A DNA stretch of 64,000 nucleotides from Octopus sinensis (lineage: Eukaryota), in the NCBI RefSeq assembly GCF_006345805.1, contig NC_043002.1:59024001-59088000 (forward strand). Reading direction: 5' to 3'. The notes under the pieces were generated by a model. It saw nothing but the letters and a program-made list of their open reading frames with translations. It was not told the DNA's origin and did no database searches. Of the stretch, positions 1-13,999 are shown one piece after another. How positions within the stretch are numbered: the stretch's first letter is position 1; each line of letters starts with the position of its first letter. A program made the position numbers and the translations under genes.

Positions 1-63
1 ATGTATGTAATATATGTAGGTATGTAATAGTAGGTATGTATGTATATGCATATATATATTATT

Positions 64-101
<38 letters not shown>

Positions 102-287
102 TAAATAAGGGTACAGGACGTCACCAACAGTAGAAATCACTTGAGGTATCAAACACAAAGGTTTTGAGTTCTGTCCTACTGCATGGCATCTTGTGCAGGT
201 GTCTTCTGCCCTTGGTTGAACAAAGCTTTGTGAGTTCATTGGATGAACAGAATTGTATATCTCTATATTTCCATCCATCTATGCTTA

Positions 288-620
288 TACATACATACAT
301 TCATTCATTCATACACACATACTTACATACATGCATGCACACATGCACAAATGCATACATGCATGCTTGCATACATACATGCATACATACATGCATGCAT
401 GCATGCACACATACATGCATACACCCATGCTTGCATACATACATGCATACATATATGCATGCATACATGCATACAAAAATGCATACATACATACACATAC
501 ATGCATACATACATGCATGCTTGCATACATACACACATACATACATACATACACATATATGCATACATACATGCATACATACATGCATCCATGCATGCAT
601 GCATACATGCATACATACAT
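288..620. repeat. Compound (ATAC/ATGC)n microsatellite
   Basis: Continuous catacatacatgcatg-type repeats; source of the H/T/Y/I/C/M pseudo-ORFs. Confidence 0.95.
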
Positions 621-662
621 TGTGAGTGGATTTGGTAGGTGGAAACTGAAAGAGTCCCATCA

Positions 663-709
<47 letters not shown>

Positions 710-945
710 GTATATATATATATGTATTTGTGTATCTGTGCTTGTTTCTCACCATTGCTTGGCAACTGATGTCGGCTTGTTTACGTCCCCGTAACTTAGT
801 GGTTCGACAAAAGAGACCAATAGAATAAGTACTACAACTTACAAAGAATAAGTGCTGGTGTTGACTTGTTCAACTAAAGGCACTAAAGGCAATGCCCCAG
901 TATGGTCACAGTCAAATGACAGAAACAAGTAAAAGAATAATAGAA
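621..945 (+). mobile_element. SINE family A, 5'-truncated
   Basis: Matches other copies in the window (gtgagtggatttggtag...cagtcaaatgac..aaacaagtaaaagaata). Confidence 0.85.
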
Positions 946-1126
946 TATATATATACACACACACATACACATATATACTTACATTCACATACACAAACAT
1001 ATCCATTGCCTATCACAGAGTCCAGAATCCAAGTGGCCTACAATTTATTCTAATTGGACATTTTTAATGTTATACGTTGTTCTTGTACAGCAAATTATAA
1101 TGTGCAGGTAATTAGCACCAAGTACA

Positions 1127-1665
1127 TTGTTGACACCACCACCACCACCAACATCATTATCATCGCTGCTACTATCACAACCACCACACTGCTATCACCA
1201 CAACCACCACACTGCTATCACCACAACCACCACCACCACCACCACCACCATCACTACAAATACTATCACTGCTCCAGCTAAGATCACTGCTTTCATAAAA
1301 ACCTCCACTGCCACCATCACCACCACCAACACCACCACCACCATCAGCACCACCTCCACCACCAGCACTACCACCATCGCTGCCACAGCCACAACTACCA
1401 CCAGCATTAGGACTACCCCCCACCACCACTGCCACCACCACTATCATCAGCACCAGCACCACCTCCACTACCACCATCGCTGCCACAGCCACAACTACCA
1501 CCAGCACAACCACTACGACTAGGACTACCCCCCACCACCACTAATACCACAACCATCTCCACCACCACCGCTGCCACTGCCACCACCACCACCACCATTG
1601 CTGCTATCAACACTAATGCTACCACTGTCACCACCACCACAACCACCACCACCACCACAGTAGAA
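1127..1665. repeat. (CAC/CAT)-rich low-complexity tract with an internal imperfect duplication
   Basis: caccac runs; the block ccatcgctgccacagccacaactaccaccagca...taggactacccc occurs twice. Confidence 0.9.
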
Positions 1666-2269
1666 ACTATGCTCTTTAACAAAGTGTCGTTTGTGTCAAG
1701 GAATCACCAGATATTTTGTATCCAAGCTTAACCTCCAGACTTGTAGAAGCGAACTGATTTTTGGTCTCTTATTTTTGGCACCAGACCAATGACACTTTGA
1801 AATTCGGTAATTTAGAAATACCAATAACAGAGAAAAACATGTAATAGAGACATGCAGAGGTGTTTGTAGGGTAAATGTTTTTTTTTAAAAAAAGGCAAAA
1901 AGAAAAAAAAAAAACCCTGTTTGTTGTTGTTTATTTTTAGGAAGGAAAAACCTTGAATTTGAAAAGGAAAGGGAAGAAAACCAACAGATTTAGAACAAAT
2001 ACAATATAAACAAGAAAAACCTGAGAATATGTAATTATTTTGAATAGATTCCAGAGTGTAGGCAGGTTTATAGAAATAGTTGTTTGGTAAATAGGTAAAT
2101 GTCTTTAATTAAGTGGAAAAAATCTAAGTATCTATCTATACCTGTCTATCTACCTACGTAAACTATCTGCTTGCCTATTTAGTTATTTATCTATCGTGTT
2201 TATTTACATATTTGCTTGACATGCCTGTCTATCTTTCTATGTACTTGTTTAGCTATCAATGTCTGTCTC

Positions 2270-2323
2270 TATCTGTGTGTCTGTCTGTCTGTCTGCCTGT
2301 CTGTCTGCCTATCTGTCTGCCTT

Positions 2324-2380
<57 letters not shown>

Positions 2381-2455
2381 TTGTCTGCTATTCTATCTAT
2401 CTGTCTATCTGTCTCTTTGTCTGTCTGCCTTTCTATCTATCTATTTGTCTGCCAT

Positions 2456-2520
<65 letters not shown>

Positions 2521-2630
2521 TTGTCTGTCTGTCTGTTTGTCTAGCTGTCTATCTGTCTGTCTTTCTATCTATTTATCTGTCTGTCTGTCTGGCTGGCTGT
2601 CTGTCTGTCTATTTATCTGTCTGTCTGTCA
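2270..2630. repeat. (TCTA/TCTG)n microsatellite
   Basis: Directly visible tetranucleotide array. Confidence 0.95.
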
Positions 2631-3181
2631 ATAGTTAGGTGTGACCCTTTTGATAGATAGGTATATGTCATATCCATATATGTATGCATGTATGTATGTA
2701 TGTATATGCATATATGTTTATATATATATATTGCTCGAAATACGGATTAGAAAAAACAGCTGACAACTGATGAAGGGTCGTTCTTTGAGTTGCTTGTCTT
2801 GTTTTCCATTGTTTCTTTTATTGTTGGCAAGAAAGTCCTTATTCCACTTATTCATACTTCGTTTTTCTGTTGATTACGTTTTGTGACATCCTGTGCCCAC
2901 ATATGCATATGTATATATGTATACATGTATGTATGTATGTATGTATGTATGTATGTATGCATATATATATATGTATTGTTTATATTATTATATATATATT
3001 GTTGTATTTTGAGATGGCCATTCTTTTTTCCAAATAAACACACACACTATATATTTGTTCTTCATTCATTTATTACTGTTCTTATTCTAACTCCTGTCGA
3101 TTATCTGGAAATCTTTCGTCACACATCTATGACCTCTTCAGCAACACTTTTTGTCTTCATGTGTGCTCTTGCTCCACTTAT

Positions 3182-3266
<85 letters not shown>

Positions 3267-4278
3267 GTGTGTGCTTGTGTGTGTGTCTATATATGTATAT
3301 ATATATATATGTAAAGCCGAGAAATAGGTTGATGAAATTTAATTTAGCTATAAGAAAATTCTAATATAATGACAAATTGTTTCATAACTTAAAAACATGT
3401 AAATAGTTTATATTACTATATTTGGTAATAAGTAAATGGATGAAAGAAAGCCTTTAGAATTTATTCATGTATGAAGAACTTTGTAAGTAGATGTGAATAT
3501 TTAGGTGTGTTCCTTTCGGTAGGTAGGATATGTCGTATCCATATAAGCATGTATGTACATATTTGTGATATTTGATTTTTCTTATTGTCAAATAAAATTT
3601 CATTAAACTATTTCTGTTATTCATAACATTATACACACCTTACTGTTTTCTCTTGTATTACATATTCTATATGTTTCATAGAATGATACATTAAGAAGCT
3701 TTTTTTTATGAGTACTACCAGATTACTTGAATCCATATAGTGTGACTTAAATTTACACACACATACACATGAACAATAAATTAAAAATTAAATAGAGAGA
3801 TTCAGTTGACAATCTAACAATTTATTTATAACATGATATACTATGAATATAATATAATATAATATAATATAAGATAACATAAAAAGTTATTAAAAAACAA
3901 AAGCCAACAATTTGTTTCAACTTAATTTGATTTATAAACAATTCATATCCATTTATATAAGTCTCTTCAGAGCCTTGGTTCAAAAGACAGACAAAATTCC
4001 ATGTGAAAGGATGGCTAGATTGCAATAAACGTTTATTCAAATGCCAAAGTTTTTCAACTTTTTAACTGCATAACAATAAAAAAAAAATTATAACTGATAA
4101 AATAATTAAGTAAATAGAATCTACAACTTTTGAAATATATTTCTATATATCTCAAATAATATTAATCCAAATATGTTTCGGTCAAAGACAATCCTTGGCT
4201 ATTTTACACACCCTTTTGAAGGAATTTCTTTCCTTACTTTGTTACTTTAATCTCTCTCTCTCTATCTCTCTCTCTCTC

Positions 4279-4340
<62 letters not shown>

Positions 4341-4425
4341 GAAGATAAGAAAATGGAAAAAAACAACAAATAGAAGTGTGTCTGTTGTGCTAGAAAGCCA
4401 TTATTTAATTAGTTAAGCAAGATGA

Positions 4426-4812
4426 CTCTTTTACTCTTTTACTTGTCTCAGTCATTTGACTGCGGCCATGCTGGAGCACCGCCTTTAATCGAGCAACTCG
4501 ACCCCGGGACTTATTCTTTTGTAAGCCCAGTACTTATTCTATCGGTCTCTTTTGCCGAACCGCTAAGTAACGGGGACATAAACACACCAGCATTGGTTGT
4601 CAAGCAATGCTAGGGGGACAAACACAGACACACAAACACACACACGCGTATATATATATATATATACATATATACGACGGGCTTTTTTCAGTTTCCGTCT
4701 ACCAAATCCACTCACAAGGCTTTGGTCGGCCCGAGGCTATAGTAGAAGACACTTGCCCAAGGTGCCATGCAGTGGGATTGAACCCGGAACCATGTGGTTG
4801 GTAAACAAGCTA
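4426..4812 (-). mobile_element. SINE family A (tRNA-headed), near full length
   Basis: Reverse complement of the family A consensus, with B-box-like ggttcaatccc and a central (CA)(TA) tract. Confidence 0.9.
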
Positions 4813-4994
4813 CGTGGGTTTACAGCTGTTTCTGTGTACCAAAGTTAAGGTAAATAGGTGTATACCTTGTTGCAAATTATAGATGTCATCAGAATGAAGA
4901 AAGCAGAGATAGAGAAAGAGGGGAATAGAGCAAGTGATAGAAGGAGAAATCAGGAAAAAAAAACTTCAGTGATTTGGAAGTCTTACATTTTAGT

Positions 4995-5042
<48 letters not shown>

Positions 5043-5159
5043 CAGTCACTCTTGCACAACTGGTTGCAGTCTGTTGTTTGGTGAGGAGATTGAATTTTGG
5101 ACACCCTACAGGATGAAATATCTGTCAAAAATCATACTATGAAGGTGTTGTAGCTGCAT

Positions 5160-5335
5160 GGCACTCTTGGAATGGTTGGCATAAGGGCATCCAGCTGTAG
5201 AAACCAAACCAAATCAGACTGAAACCTAGTATATTTCTCCAGCTTATCAGTCCCATCAAACAATTTAAGCCATGCCAACATGGGAAATTGACACAAAGTG
5301 ATGATAATGATGATGACAACGATGACGATAATGAT
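5160..5335 (+). mobile_element. RTE LINE 3' terminal fragment
   Basis: ggttggc..aagggcatccagctgtagaaac...ccatgccaacatgg followed by a (GAT)n tail. Confidence 0.8.
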
Positions 5336-5574
5336 ATATATACTCATATGTACATATGTATATGGTGGACTGTTCTGTTGTAGATGATAGATGAAGTGTT
5401 TTGCAATTACTTGCGGAACAACCTGCACAGATACATGGTGTGCCACATGTCAGATGTCAGAGTAATTGCAGAGCAACATGACATGAAGTATGTTGCTAAA
5501 GAACACAATATATTGCCTAGTCCAGGAATTGAAACCATTGCCTTGCAATCATGAGTGCAACACCCAAACCATTA

Positions 5575-6175
5575 AGTGCCCTGAGAGAAAAGTTGGGCAT
5601 AAGAAGCATCAAATGTGGTGTGCAAGAGAGGCAGCTGCGCTGGTATGGCCATGTGTTATGTATGAATGAAGACAGCTGTGTGAAGAAGTGCCCCTCCCTA
5701 ACTGTAGAAGGAACCTGTGGAAGAGGTAGACTCAGGAAGACATGGGATGAGGTGATGAACCATGTCCTTCAAACATTGGGCCTCACAGAGGCCATTTCAG
5801 CAGATCAGGACCTTTGGAGATATGCTGTGATTGAGAAGACCCAGCAACTAAAGTGAGATCACAGCCATGCATGTCCGACCCTGTTAAAGATACCCTGATG
5901 CATTGAGTGATATGATATGCTAGAGAAAACCAATATCATAGCTGGGGCTGGTGCCCCTGGCTGGCTCCTGTGCTGATAGCATGTAAAAAGCACCATCCAA
6001 ATGTAGTTGATGCCAGGTCCACCTGATTGGCTCCTGTGCCAGTGGAGTGGTTGGCATTAAGAAGGGCATCAAGCTGTAGAGGCATTGCCAGATCAGATTG
6101 GTGCCTGATGCAGTCAAACTGCCTAACCCATGCCAGCATGGAAAATGGACTTTAAACGATGATGATGATGATGAT
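5575..6175 (+). mobile_element. RTE LINE 3' fragment (ORF C-terminus + 3' UTR)
   Basis: Translation LRWYGHVLCMNEDSCVKK...EGTCGRGRLRKTWDEV is typical of an RTE ORF end; conserved tail and (GAT)n follow. Confidence 0.9.
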
Positions 6176-6196
6176 ATATATATATATATGTATATA

Positions 6197-7067
6197 CAGG
6201 GTGCGGTGAATAAATTGTCATCTAAATTATGTAAAAATGAAAGTAACACCAACATCTGATTTTAACAGATATATTCCCCAAAATTACATAAAAATATCTT
6301 GAAATATTGAAGAGTAAATTTATTCAATAAAGTTGTCATTGGCTTCAACCATGGCCTCCAGATGACTTTGGAATCTTCTGCAGCTCTTCTGGATGGTCTC
6401 CTTGTTTAAGTTGGTGAATGCTGCTATAATCTTTGCCTTCAGTTCATCTTTGGTGATACAAGGAGTTTTGTTGGTCTCTTGCTCAACTACGCCCCACATA
6501 ATAATGAAGGCAGTTGCAGTCTGGGGAGTTAGGTGGCCAAATGATAGCGGTGATGTGGTCACAGAAATTGTCTGACAGCCATGCATCTTTGGCATGGGGC
6601 TGAGTCCTGTTGCTAGACATGGGATCATCCAGCAGCCACCTGTTTGATCCAGGGCAGCACTACCTCCTCCAGACACTTGATGTCGGTCTTTGTGTTAAGT
6701 CTAAGTGTAGGAAGATGAATGGTGGCATAATGTCGCCATCACTAATGATCAAACCAAACACCCTGATATTGACCGGATGTTTGATTTTTTATCACTCTCA
6801 GTACATATCCTCCGATTGCACTGTCCTCAGATTGACACCCAAACACATTGAAATGTTTGTATTGGAGCTTCTAGCACAAACGCCAAGCAGTACAACATGT
6901 TGTTTCAAAATTTCTGTCAGAGTGAATTGCATCATGGTGCTGTTTTCCTCACAGATGGTGCTCAACTGACCCTCCTATACTGTATAGTTGACAAAATCAA
7001 AAACAAACAATGCACATGTGTGAAATTAAAAATATAAAGTGGTGACAATTTACTGATCGCATCCCTG
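6197..7067 (-). mobile_element. Internally deleted Tc1/mariner element
   Basis: Imperfect TIRs cagggtgcggtgaataaattgtca / tgacaatttactgatcgcatccctg, with TA at 6195-6196 and 7068-7069; frameshifted WPPNSPDCN..YYVWGVVE transposase C-terminus on the minus strand. Confidence 0.88.
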
Positions 7068-7082
7068 TATGTGTGTGTGTTC

Positions 7083-7117
<35 letters not shown>

Positions 7118-7440
7118 TATTTGTATACACCCATATATATTTATATATATATATATATATACATTTATATATGTACATGTGTATGTATCTATGTATATCC
7201 GTCTTTCTTTCTATCTACCTACCTACCTGTCTGTCTGTCCGTCCATCTCCCTGTCTCTATAATCATATCGATATATAATTATTAGGAATAGAAGCTGTTT
7301 TAATACCAAAAGTTAATATTTTTCTCCCACATAACTGTTTTTATGTACCACAAGTCCATGTGAGCTGCACTCTTATGGTGAATAAAGCAACACACTCTGC
7401 TCTAACACAATAGCCACTTTCAGTAGGGGACAAACATTAC

Positions 7441-7445
7441 CTATC

Positions 7446-7476
<31 letters not shown>

Positions 7477-7669
7477 CATACATACATACATACAAGTATA
7501 TACAAACATGTATATAAATACATATACATATATATATACATATATATGTACATATATATATACACATATATGTACATATATATATACATATATATGCATA
7601 TAGATATATACTTAAATACACACACATATATATATACATATATATATACATACATATATCTATATGTAT

Positions 7670-7716
<47 letters not shown>

Positions 7717-7980
7717 CATATAGATATATACTTATATACACACACATATATATACATATATTTATATGTATACACATATATATATTTATACATACATACA
7801 CATATATATATATATACATACATATATATATATATATACATATAGATATATATATATATATATATACACATATAGATATATACATATATACACATATATT
7901 TATACATATAGATATATACATATATACACATATATTTATATATATACATATATATACATATAGACACACACACACATATA
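7441..7980. repeat. Compound (TA/CA)n microsatellite
   Basis: Directly visible. Confidence 0.95.
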
Positions 7981-7984
7981 TATA

Positions 7985-8357
7985 GGTGCAGGAGTGACTG
8001 TGTGATAAGTAACTTGCTTACCAACCATATGGTACCAGGTTCAGTCTTACTGCGTGTAGCAACTTGGGCAAATGTTTTCTACTATAGAATACAGCCTCAT
8101 GACTGTATTTGGTAGACGGAAACTGAAAGAAGCCTATCGTAGATATATGTATGTTTGTGTTTGTCCCCCCACCATTGCTTGGCAACCAATGTTGGTGTGT
8201 TTATGTCCCTGTAACTTAGCAGTTCAGCAAAACGTGACTAATAGAATAAGTACTAGGTTTAGAAAGAATAAGTCCTGGGGTTGATTTGTTCAACTGAAGG
8301 CGTCGCTTCAGCATGGCCACAGTCAAATGACTGAAACAGATAAAAGAATAAAAGAAA
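7985..8357 (+). mobile_element. SINE family A, full length
   Basis: Head gcaggagtgactgtgtgataag...ggttcagtc; tail cagtcaaatgactgaaac..aaaagaataaaag. Confidence 0.9.
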
Positions 8358-8581
8358 ACACACACATAAATAGATATATATTTGTATGTATGCATGTATG
8401 TATGTATATATATATATATATGTATGCACACACACATGTTTATATCTATGTATATCATATTACGGCCAATTTGACTCTCATAGTCTTGTCAAATATCTTG
8501 TCAGATATATATGTGTGTGTGTGTCTGTGTGTGTGTGCATGAAATTATGCATCTATATGAATATAAATGTGTGTGTGTGTG

Positions 8582-8640
<59 letters not shown>

Positions 8641-9939
8641 TTATTCACACAGACTTGTTATGTAAATCTACCTTTCCTTTCTTGGCGAAATATGTGGGGG
8701 ACCCCACCCTCTTGCTGTATTTGTATTTGACTTAAAAAATCTAAATACTACCTTATCCACTCTACTCCGCCAACTCATTCTCCACTCCCTTAATTACACA
8801 TGCATGCACACACAGCCACATACTGACCCACACAATCATACACACACACACTCACACAACCGCAGAAGCACACTGTTGCACACATACACACACAAAACCA
8901 CACATGCACCCACACACAACTACACACACACACACACATGCATAAACGCACTTTCATAAACATATGTAGACCCTGTTTCCTTCTCTCTCTCTCCCCCCCA
9001 CTCAATATGTTTGTATATACACACATGTACACATATCACATATACATATATACACACATGTACATATAATACATAACATATACACAGGCATAAACTCATA
9101 GTTTCTTCCCTCTGTCTTTCTTTTCTCCTCTCTCTCTTTATATATTTTCTCTCTCCCTCTTTATATATTTTTCTCTCTCTCTCTCTCTTTATATATTTTC
9201 CTCTCTCTCTTTATTCTATCTATCTAGCTTTCTATCTATATATATGTATATATACATATATTTATATATATATATATTTACTCAAACACACACACACACT
9301 GCTCTGTCATACACACACATACACATACAGTGCTATGTACACTGCACATGACTTCACCTGACTCAAACAATGTAGTTAAACAACAAGATGACAAGCCTAG
9401 CAAAACATGCTCTGCAACAGCGTGCAGCATGCAGTGCGCAGCTATTCGGAGCCAAAGGAAAGAAGTGTGTTTATAAATCGCTCTCTGTTGTTGATGTTGT
9501 TGTCGTTGAATAGGCGGTTGATATGAGCTAATTCTTTTAATTAACTTTATCAACCATTAATTAAACCCTATAAAACTAACTGCGTCTTTCTAAGACATAC
9601 AGAAGTAACGAATTTTGGAATTACATATAACTGTCAAGAAAATTATGAACAAATACTAACTCTGAACACAGGTATATCATTATTATTATTATTATTATTA
9701 ATTATTATTTTTAATTATTTATTATTATTTGTTATTAACTATTATTATTATTTCTCTGTTTGCTTGTTTGTTTGCTTATTTGTTGTGGGTGTGAGGTTAA
9801 GGTGCTGGATTACTGACTACAAAAGCTTAGGTTCAAATCCTTCTACTATCATTATTTTGTGTTCCTGAGCACAGTACTCTACTACCTCATTATCAGCACT
9901 ACCCTTCTTCTTCTTACTATTATTATTATTATTATCATT

Positions 9940-10386
9940 AAGGCGAGAAACTAGCAGAAATGTTAGCACACCAGGCAAAATACTAAGTGGTATTTCGTCT
10001 GCCTCTACATCCCGAGTTCAAATTCTGCCAAGGTCGACTTTGCCTTTCATCTGTTCAGGGTCGATAAATTAAGTACCAGTTGCATACTGGGGTTGATCCA
10101 ATTGACTGGCCCCCATCCTCCAAAATTTTGTGCCTTGTGTCTAGTGTAGACAAGATTATTATTATCATTATTAAGGGAAGAAACTGGCAGAATTGGTTGC
10201 ACGCGAGGCAAAATTCTAAGCAGCATTTCATCCATCTTTGGGTTCTGAGTTCAAATTCTGCTGAGGTCAATTTTGCCTTGAATTTTTTCAGGGTTGATAA
10301 ATTAAGTACCAGTTGCGTACTGGGTTGATCTAATCAACTAATCTCTTCCCCCAAAATTTCAGGCGTTGTGCCTTTAGTAGAAAGGA
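9940..10386 (+). mobile_element. Two tandem SINE family B copies (tRNA-headed, ATT tail)
   Basis: A-box-like tggcagaa, B-box gagttcaaattc, body gcctttcatcct...taagtaccag...ctggggttgat, tail agtagaaaggattatt. Confidence 0.9.
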
Positions 10387-10403
10387 TTATTATTATTATT
10401 ATA

Positions 10404-11128
10404 TGTTTGACTTTTGCTTTGTATTTGTACAAGTTGACTCCAAGTCCCACCCAGAGACCACAAGTGACAACAAGTTAGAAGTTCATGTTAGTGTTATGCC
10501 TAGGGTGTCATATATTTGGTTTTGTACATAGTATTGTTCTAGAGAATGTTTAAGAAAACATCAGAAAATTATGGAGTTGTTTTAAAATTTGAGATTACAT
10601 AGACAGTATTTTATGTAGGATATGGGCAGTTCCCATGAGCACTATCTTTTAAATTTCTACCATTTGGGGGGGGGGTTTCCTGATATCTGAGCTAGGTAGT
10701 AGCAATAATCCACTTTTGCTATAATTCCTAGGGCACCTATGACAACAGGTATTATTTTAGTCTTGAGGTTCCACATTTTGCTCATTTCTATTTCAAGATC
10801 TTTATACTTGCTCAGTTTTTGGTAGGTTTTGACTGATACGTTTATATCGATTGGGACAGTCATATCAATAAGGAGGCATGATTTTTGTCTGAAGTCTTTC
10901 AATATAATGTCTGGCCTGTTCACATCTATCTTTCTGTCAGTTTGAATGGTGAAGTTCCAGAGGAGTGAGATGTGGTCATTTTCAAGCACTGGAGGTGGTT
11001 TGTGTTCCCACCACTTTTTATCATGGGGCAAATCCAGGTTTTTGCAAATTACCCAGTGAATATATTGTGCAGCTCTATCATGCCTGTTAAGGTACTCTGT
11101 AGGCACAAGAAGACTGCACTTGGAGATA
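10404..11128 (-). mobile_element. R4/Dong-like non-LTR retrotransposon 3' fragment (RLE endonuclease)
   Basis: ORF 10657-11106: EYLNRHD...WWEHKP...LWNFTIQTDRKIDVNRPDII...LIDMTVP...KLSKYKDL is a PD-(D/E)xK RLE domain; flanked on both sides by (TAA/ATT)n. Confidence 0.88.
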
Positions 11129-11304
11129 TTATTATTATTACAATTATTATTATTGCTGTTGTTGTTATTATTATTATGATTATTATTATTAAAGTGGTCA
11201 ATGTAATCAACAATCTTACTTCCCCCAAAATTTCAAGCCTTGTGCCTATAGTAGAAAGGATTATTGTTGTTATTGCTGTTGTTGTTGTTGTTATTCATGT
11301 GAAG

Positions 11305-11640
11305 GCGCGTATCTCAGTGGTTAGAGTGTCGAGCTTACAATTGTGAGGTTGTAAGTTCGATTCCCAGACTGGGCTGTGTGTTGTGTTCTTGAGCAAGACA
11401 CTTTATTTCACGTTGCTCCAGTTCACTCAGCTGTAGAAATGAGTTGCGACGTCACAGGTGCCAAGCTGTATTGGCCCCTTTGCCTTTCCCTTGGATAACA
11501 TCTGTGGTGTGGAGAGGGGAGGGTGGTATGCATGGGCAACTGCTGGCTTTCTACAAACAACCTTGCTCAGACTTGTACCTCAGAGGGTAACTTTTTAGGT
11601 GCAATCCCATGGTCAGTCATGACCAAAGGGTATCTCCTCC
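11305..11640 (+). mobile_element. tRNA-headed SINE with CORE/Meta-like central domain (family D)
   Basis: ctcagtggttagag...gttcgattccc head followed by cttgagcaagacactttatttc...cactcagctgtagaaatgag. Confidence 0.8.
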
Positions 11641-11699
11641 ATTATTATTATTAGTACAAGATTGAAAGGCTTGGAGACAAACATTTTCCTCTTTTGCCA

Positions 11700-11908
11700 A
11701 GCCTTCAATAATTTCAACTTAAGCCTTTAGAATTGCTCTGTCAAATGTAATGTTCGTTTATTTATATTATTTTCAATTAATTATGCATTATCTTGTAGTT
11801 TAGAGGTATTGGTGATGTGATTTAGTTTTAGAATGACATTGTGGAATTGAGGTGAGAGGCCAGATCTGGCCAATTTCAACTTGGCTGGTTTAAATGCTAA
11901 AGGGTAAA
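11700..11908. mobile_element. Probable piggyBac-like MITE end (second copy about 57280-57437)
   Basis: Terminal ggctggtttaaatgctaaagggt/c at both loci; reverse complement resembles TTAA-CCC piggyBac termini. Confidence 0.45.
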
Positions 11909-13466
11909 GAATAGTGAAGGTGGAGGGCAAGGTCATGTGGTCCAGCAAATTTGTGGCAAAGGTGAGTGATGAGGATGGCGTGAAGGGCCTGGGTGTACAA
12001 ACCTACTTCTAGTATACACCTAAAGGGCAGAAGACACAGCTGGAAGAGGGTATTTGGTTGTCATAGCCAGGTTAATCCAGGACTATTCCCTTTGTCTGTT
12101 CTTTATGTCAGTTTTCTCATTTATCAGTTCTGTGAGTGAAACATAGACATGTTTTTCTAATTTGTCATTGTAAATGGCCATTTGTTGCAGCAAACTAGCA
12201 GAATCATTAACAGATTGAACAAAATCCTGTGTGTGAGTGTGTATGTGTGAGTGTATGTGTGCCGATGTGTGTGAGTGAGTTATGTAAACTTCCTCAAGGA
12301 ATGTGAAAACGCAGGCTGGAAAATGGAGCATTTTCCAATTGAAGTTGAGTGTAGAGGGTTTGTTGGACACAGTGTGAGATGACTGTTGTTATCGTTAGGC
12401 CTAACTCATCGTAAAGTAAATACCACCACGACCAATATCCAAACTACAGTGGAGAAGGCTAGCCACTGGATCTGGTTAAAAAGAGATGATGAGCAATGGC
12501 TAGAAGAATATTGAGCTTTATATAATAACCAGTTGATCTAGCAAGCAGGACCTCATATCAGTGAAGGGGGGGGGCAGTGATGCCTTTGAGAGGTAGGGCC
12601 CGAAACAGTGTGCATTCTCTCCTGATGACCCCCATACACTTGCTGGCTTCTGGTATGCTGAGTTCTCAACTGGTAGCACTTCCATGTGAAAGTTGTTTGC
12701 AAAACATCTGACTTGTGTTCTGGGCTGAAATGCCACTGAGACAGTTGAGCAATGGGGTTGATGGAATCAACTAACTCCTCCTCCTAAAAACTGTTAGCCT
12801 TGTTTGCAAAATTTGGAACCGTGTTTATTGCTGTTAGTGACAGGAAGAGCATCCTGCCATAGAAAACCTGCCTCAAATATACTTCATCCAATTCATACAA
12901 GCAAGGAAAAGTGGACATTAAATGATGGTGATACACACACACACACACCACACACACACACCTACACTCTCACACACTCACACATACACACACACAAGCA
13001 ATAGGTACAAGAATAGAGAATATGAAGATTGGTACTTCCTCGAAATTTATTTCCTTTTATTTCTCAACTTGCATATTTTATGCTTGTGACTCCATAGTTC
13101 ACGTTGAAAGACCATGAATGAAGCTGCACAGAAAATTATACCTGGTTGTATATGCAACTGTCCATACATTGTAGTCAAAACATGTGTAGGTCGTCATAAC
13201 CATAAAAATACGCTGTATGGAATTGTAAAATTTATGGAAATAAATTTTGCAGATGTACCAGTTTCCATATTCTTTACCATTATAATACATTTCAGATAAT
13301 ATTACCATCCAGTGAAATGAAAATGGAATTACACACTGGAGGAGTTTACAGTGTGAGTGACAACCCATAGTAGTCATAGATGTTAAATACTAATCGATAT
13401 GGTTAGCCATAACCTGGAGCATAACTGAGAGCTACCATGGTATCTGTCGTGATAATATATCCTTCT

Positions 13467-13925
13467 AAGGGTGGTGAGCTGGCAGAATCGTTAGCACACC
13501 GGGTGAAATGCTTAGTGGTATTTTGTCTGCCGTTACGTTCTGAGTTCAAATTCCACCGAGGTCGACTTTGCCTTTCATCTTTGCGGGGTCGATAAAGTAA
13601 ATACCAGTTGTGTACTGGGGTCGATCTAATCGACTGGCCTTCTCCCCAAAATTTCGGGCCTTGTGCCTAGAGTAGAAAAGAATATTGTTAAGGGTGGCAA
13701 GCTGGCAGAATTGTTAGCACACTGGGTGAAATGTTTAGTGGTATTACATCTGCCGTTACATTCTGAGTTCAAATTCCACCAAGGTTGACGTTACTTTTCA
13801 TCCTTTCAGGGTCAATTAAATAAGTACCAGTTTATGCAGTGGGATCGATGTAATTGACCTAATCCCTTTGTCTGTCCTTATTTGTCCTCTCTATGTTTAG
13901 CCCCCTGAGGGCAATAAAGAAATAA
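13467..13925 (+). mobile_element. Two tandem SINE family B copies (second with an alternative tail)
   Basis: Same head and body as other B copies; second ends aatccctttgtctgtcc...gggcaataaagaaata. Confidence 0.9.
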
Positions 13926-13946
13926 ATATATCTTTCTGAACTTACA

Positions 13947-13985
<39 letters not shown>

Positions 13986-13999
13986 ATAGGGGTAAAATA

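Noticed and set aside
2735-2780. GAAA...CTGATGA in type II order (also at about 49396-49435 and 12603-12630)
   Set aside because: Stem II would be mostly wobble pairs or mismatched, and no stem I/III with a NUH site can be drawn.
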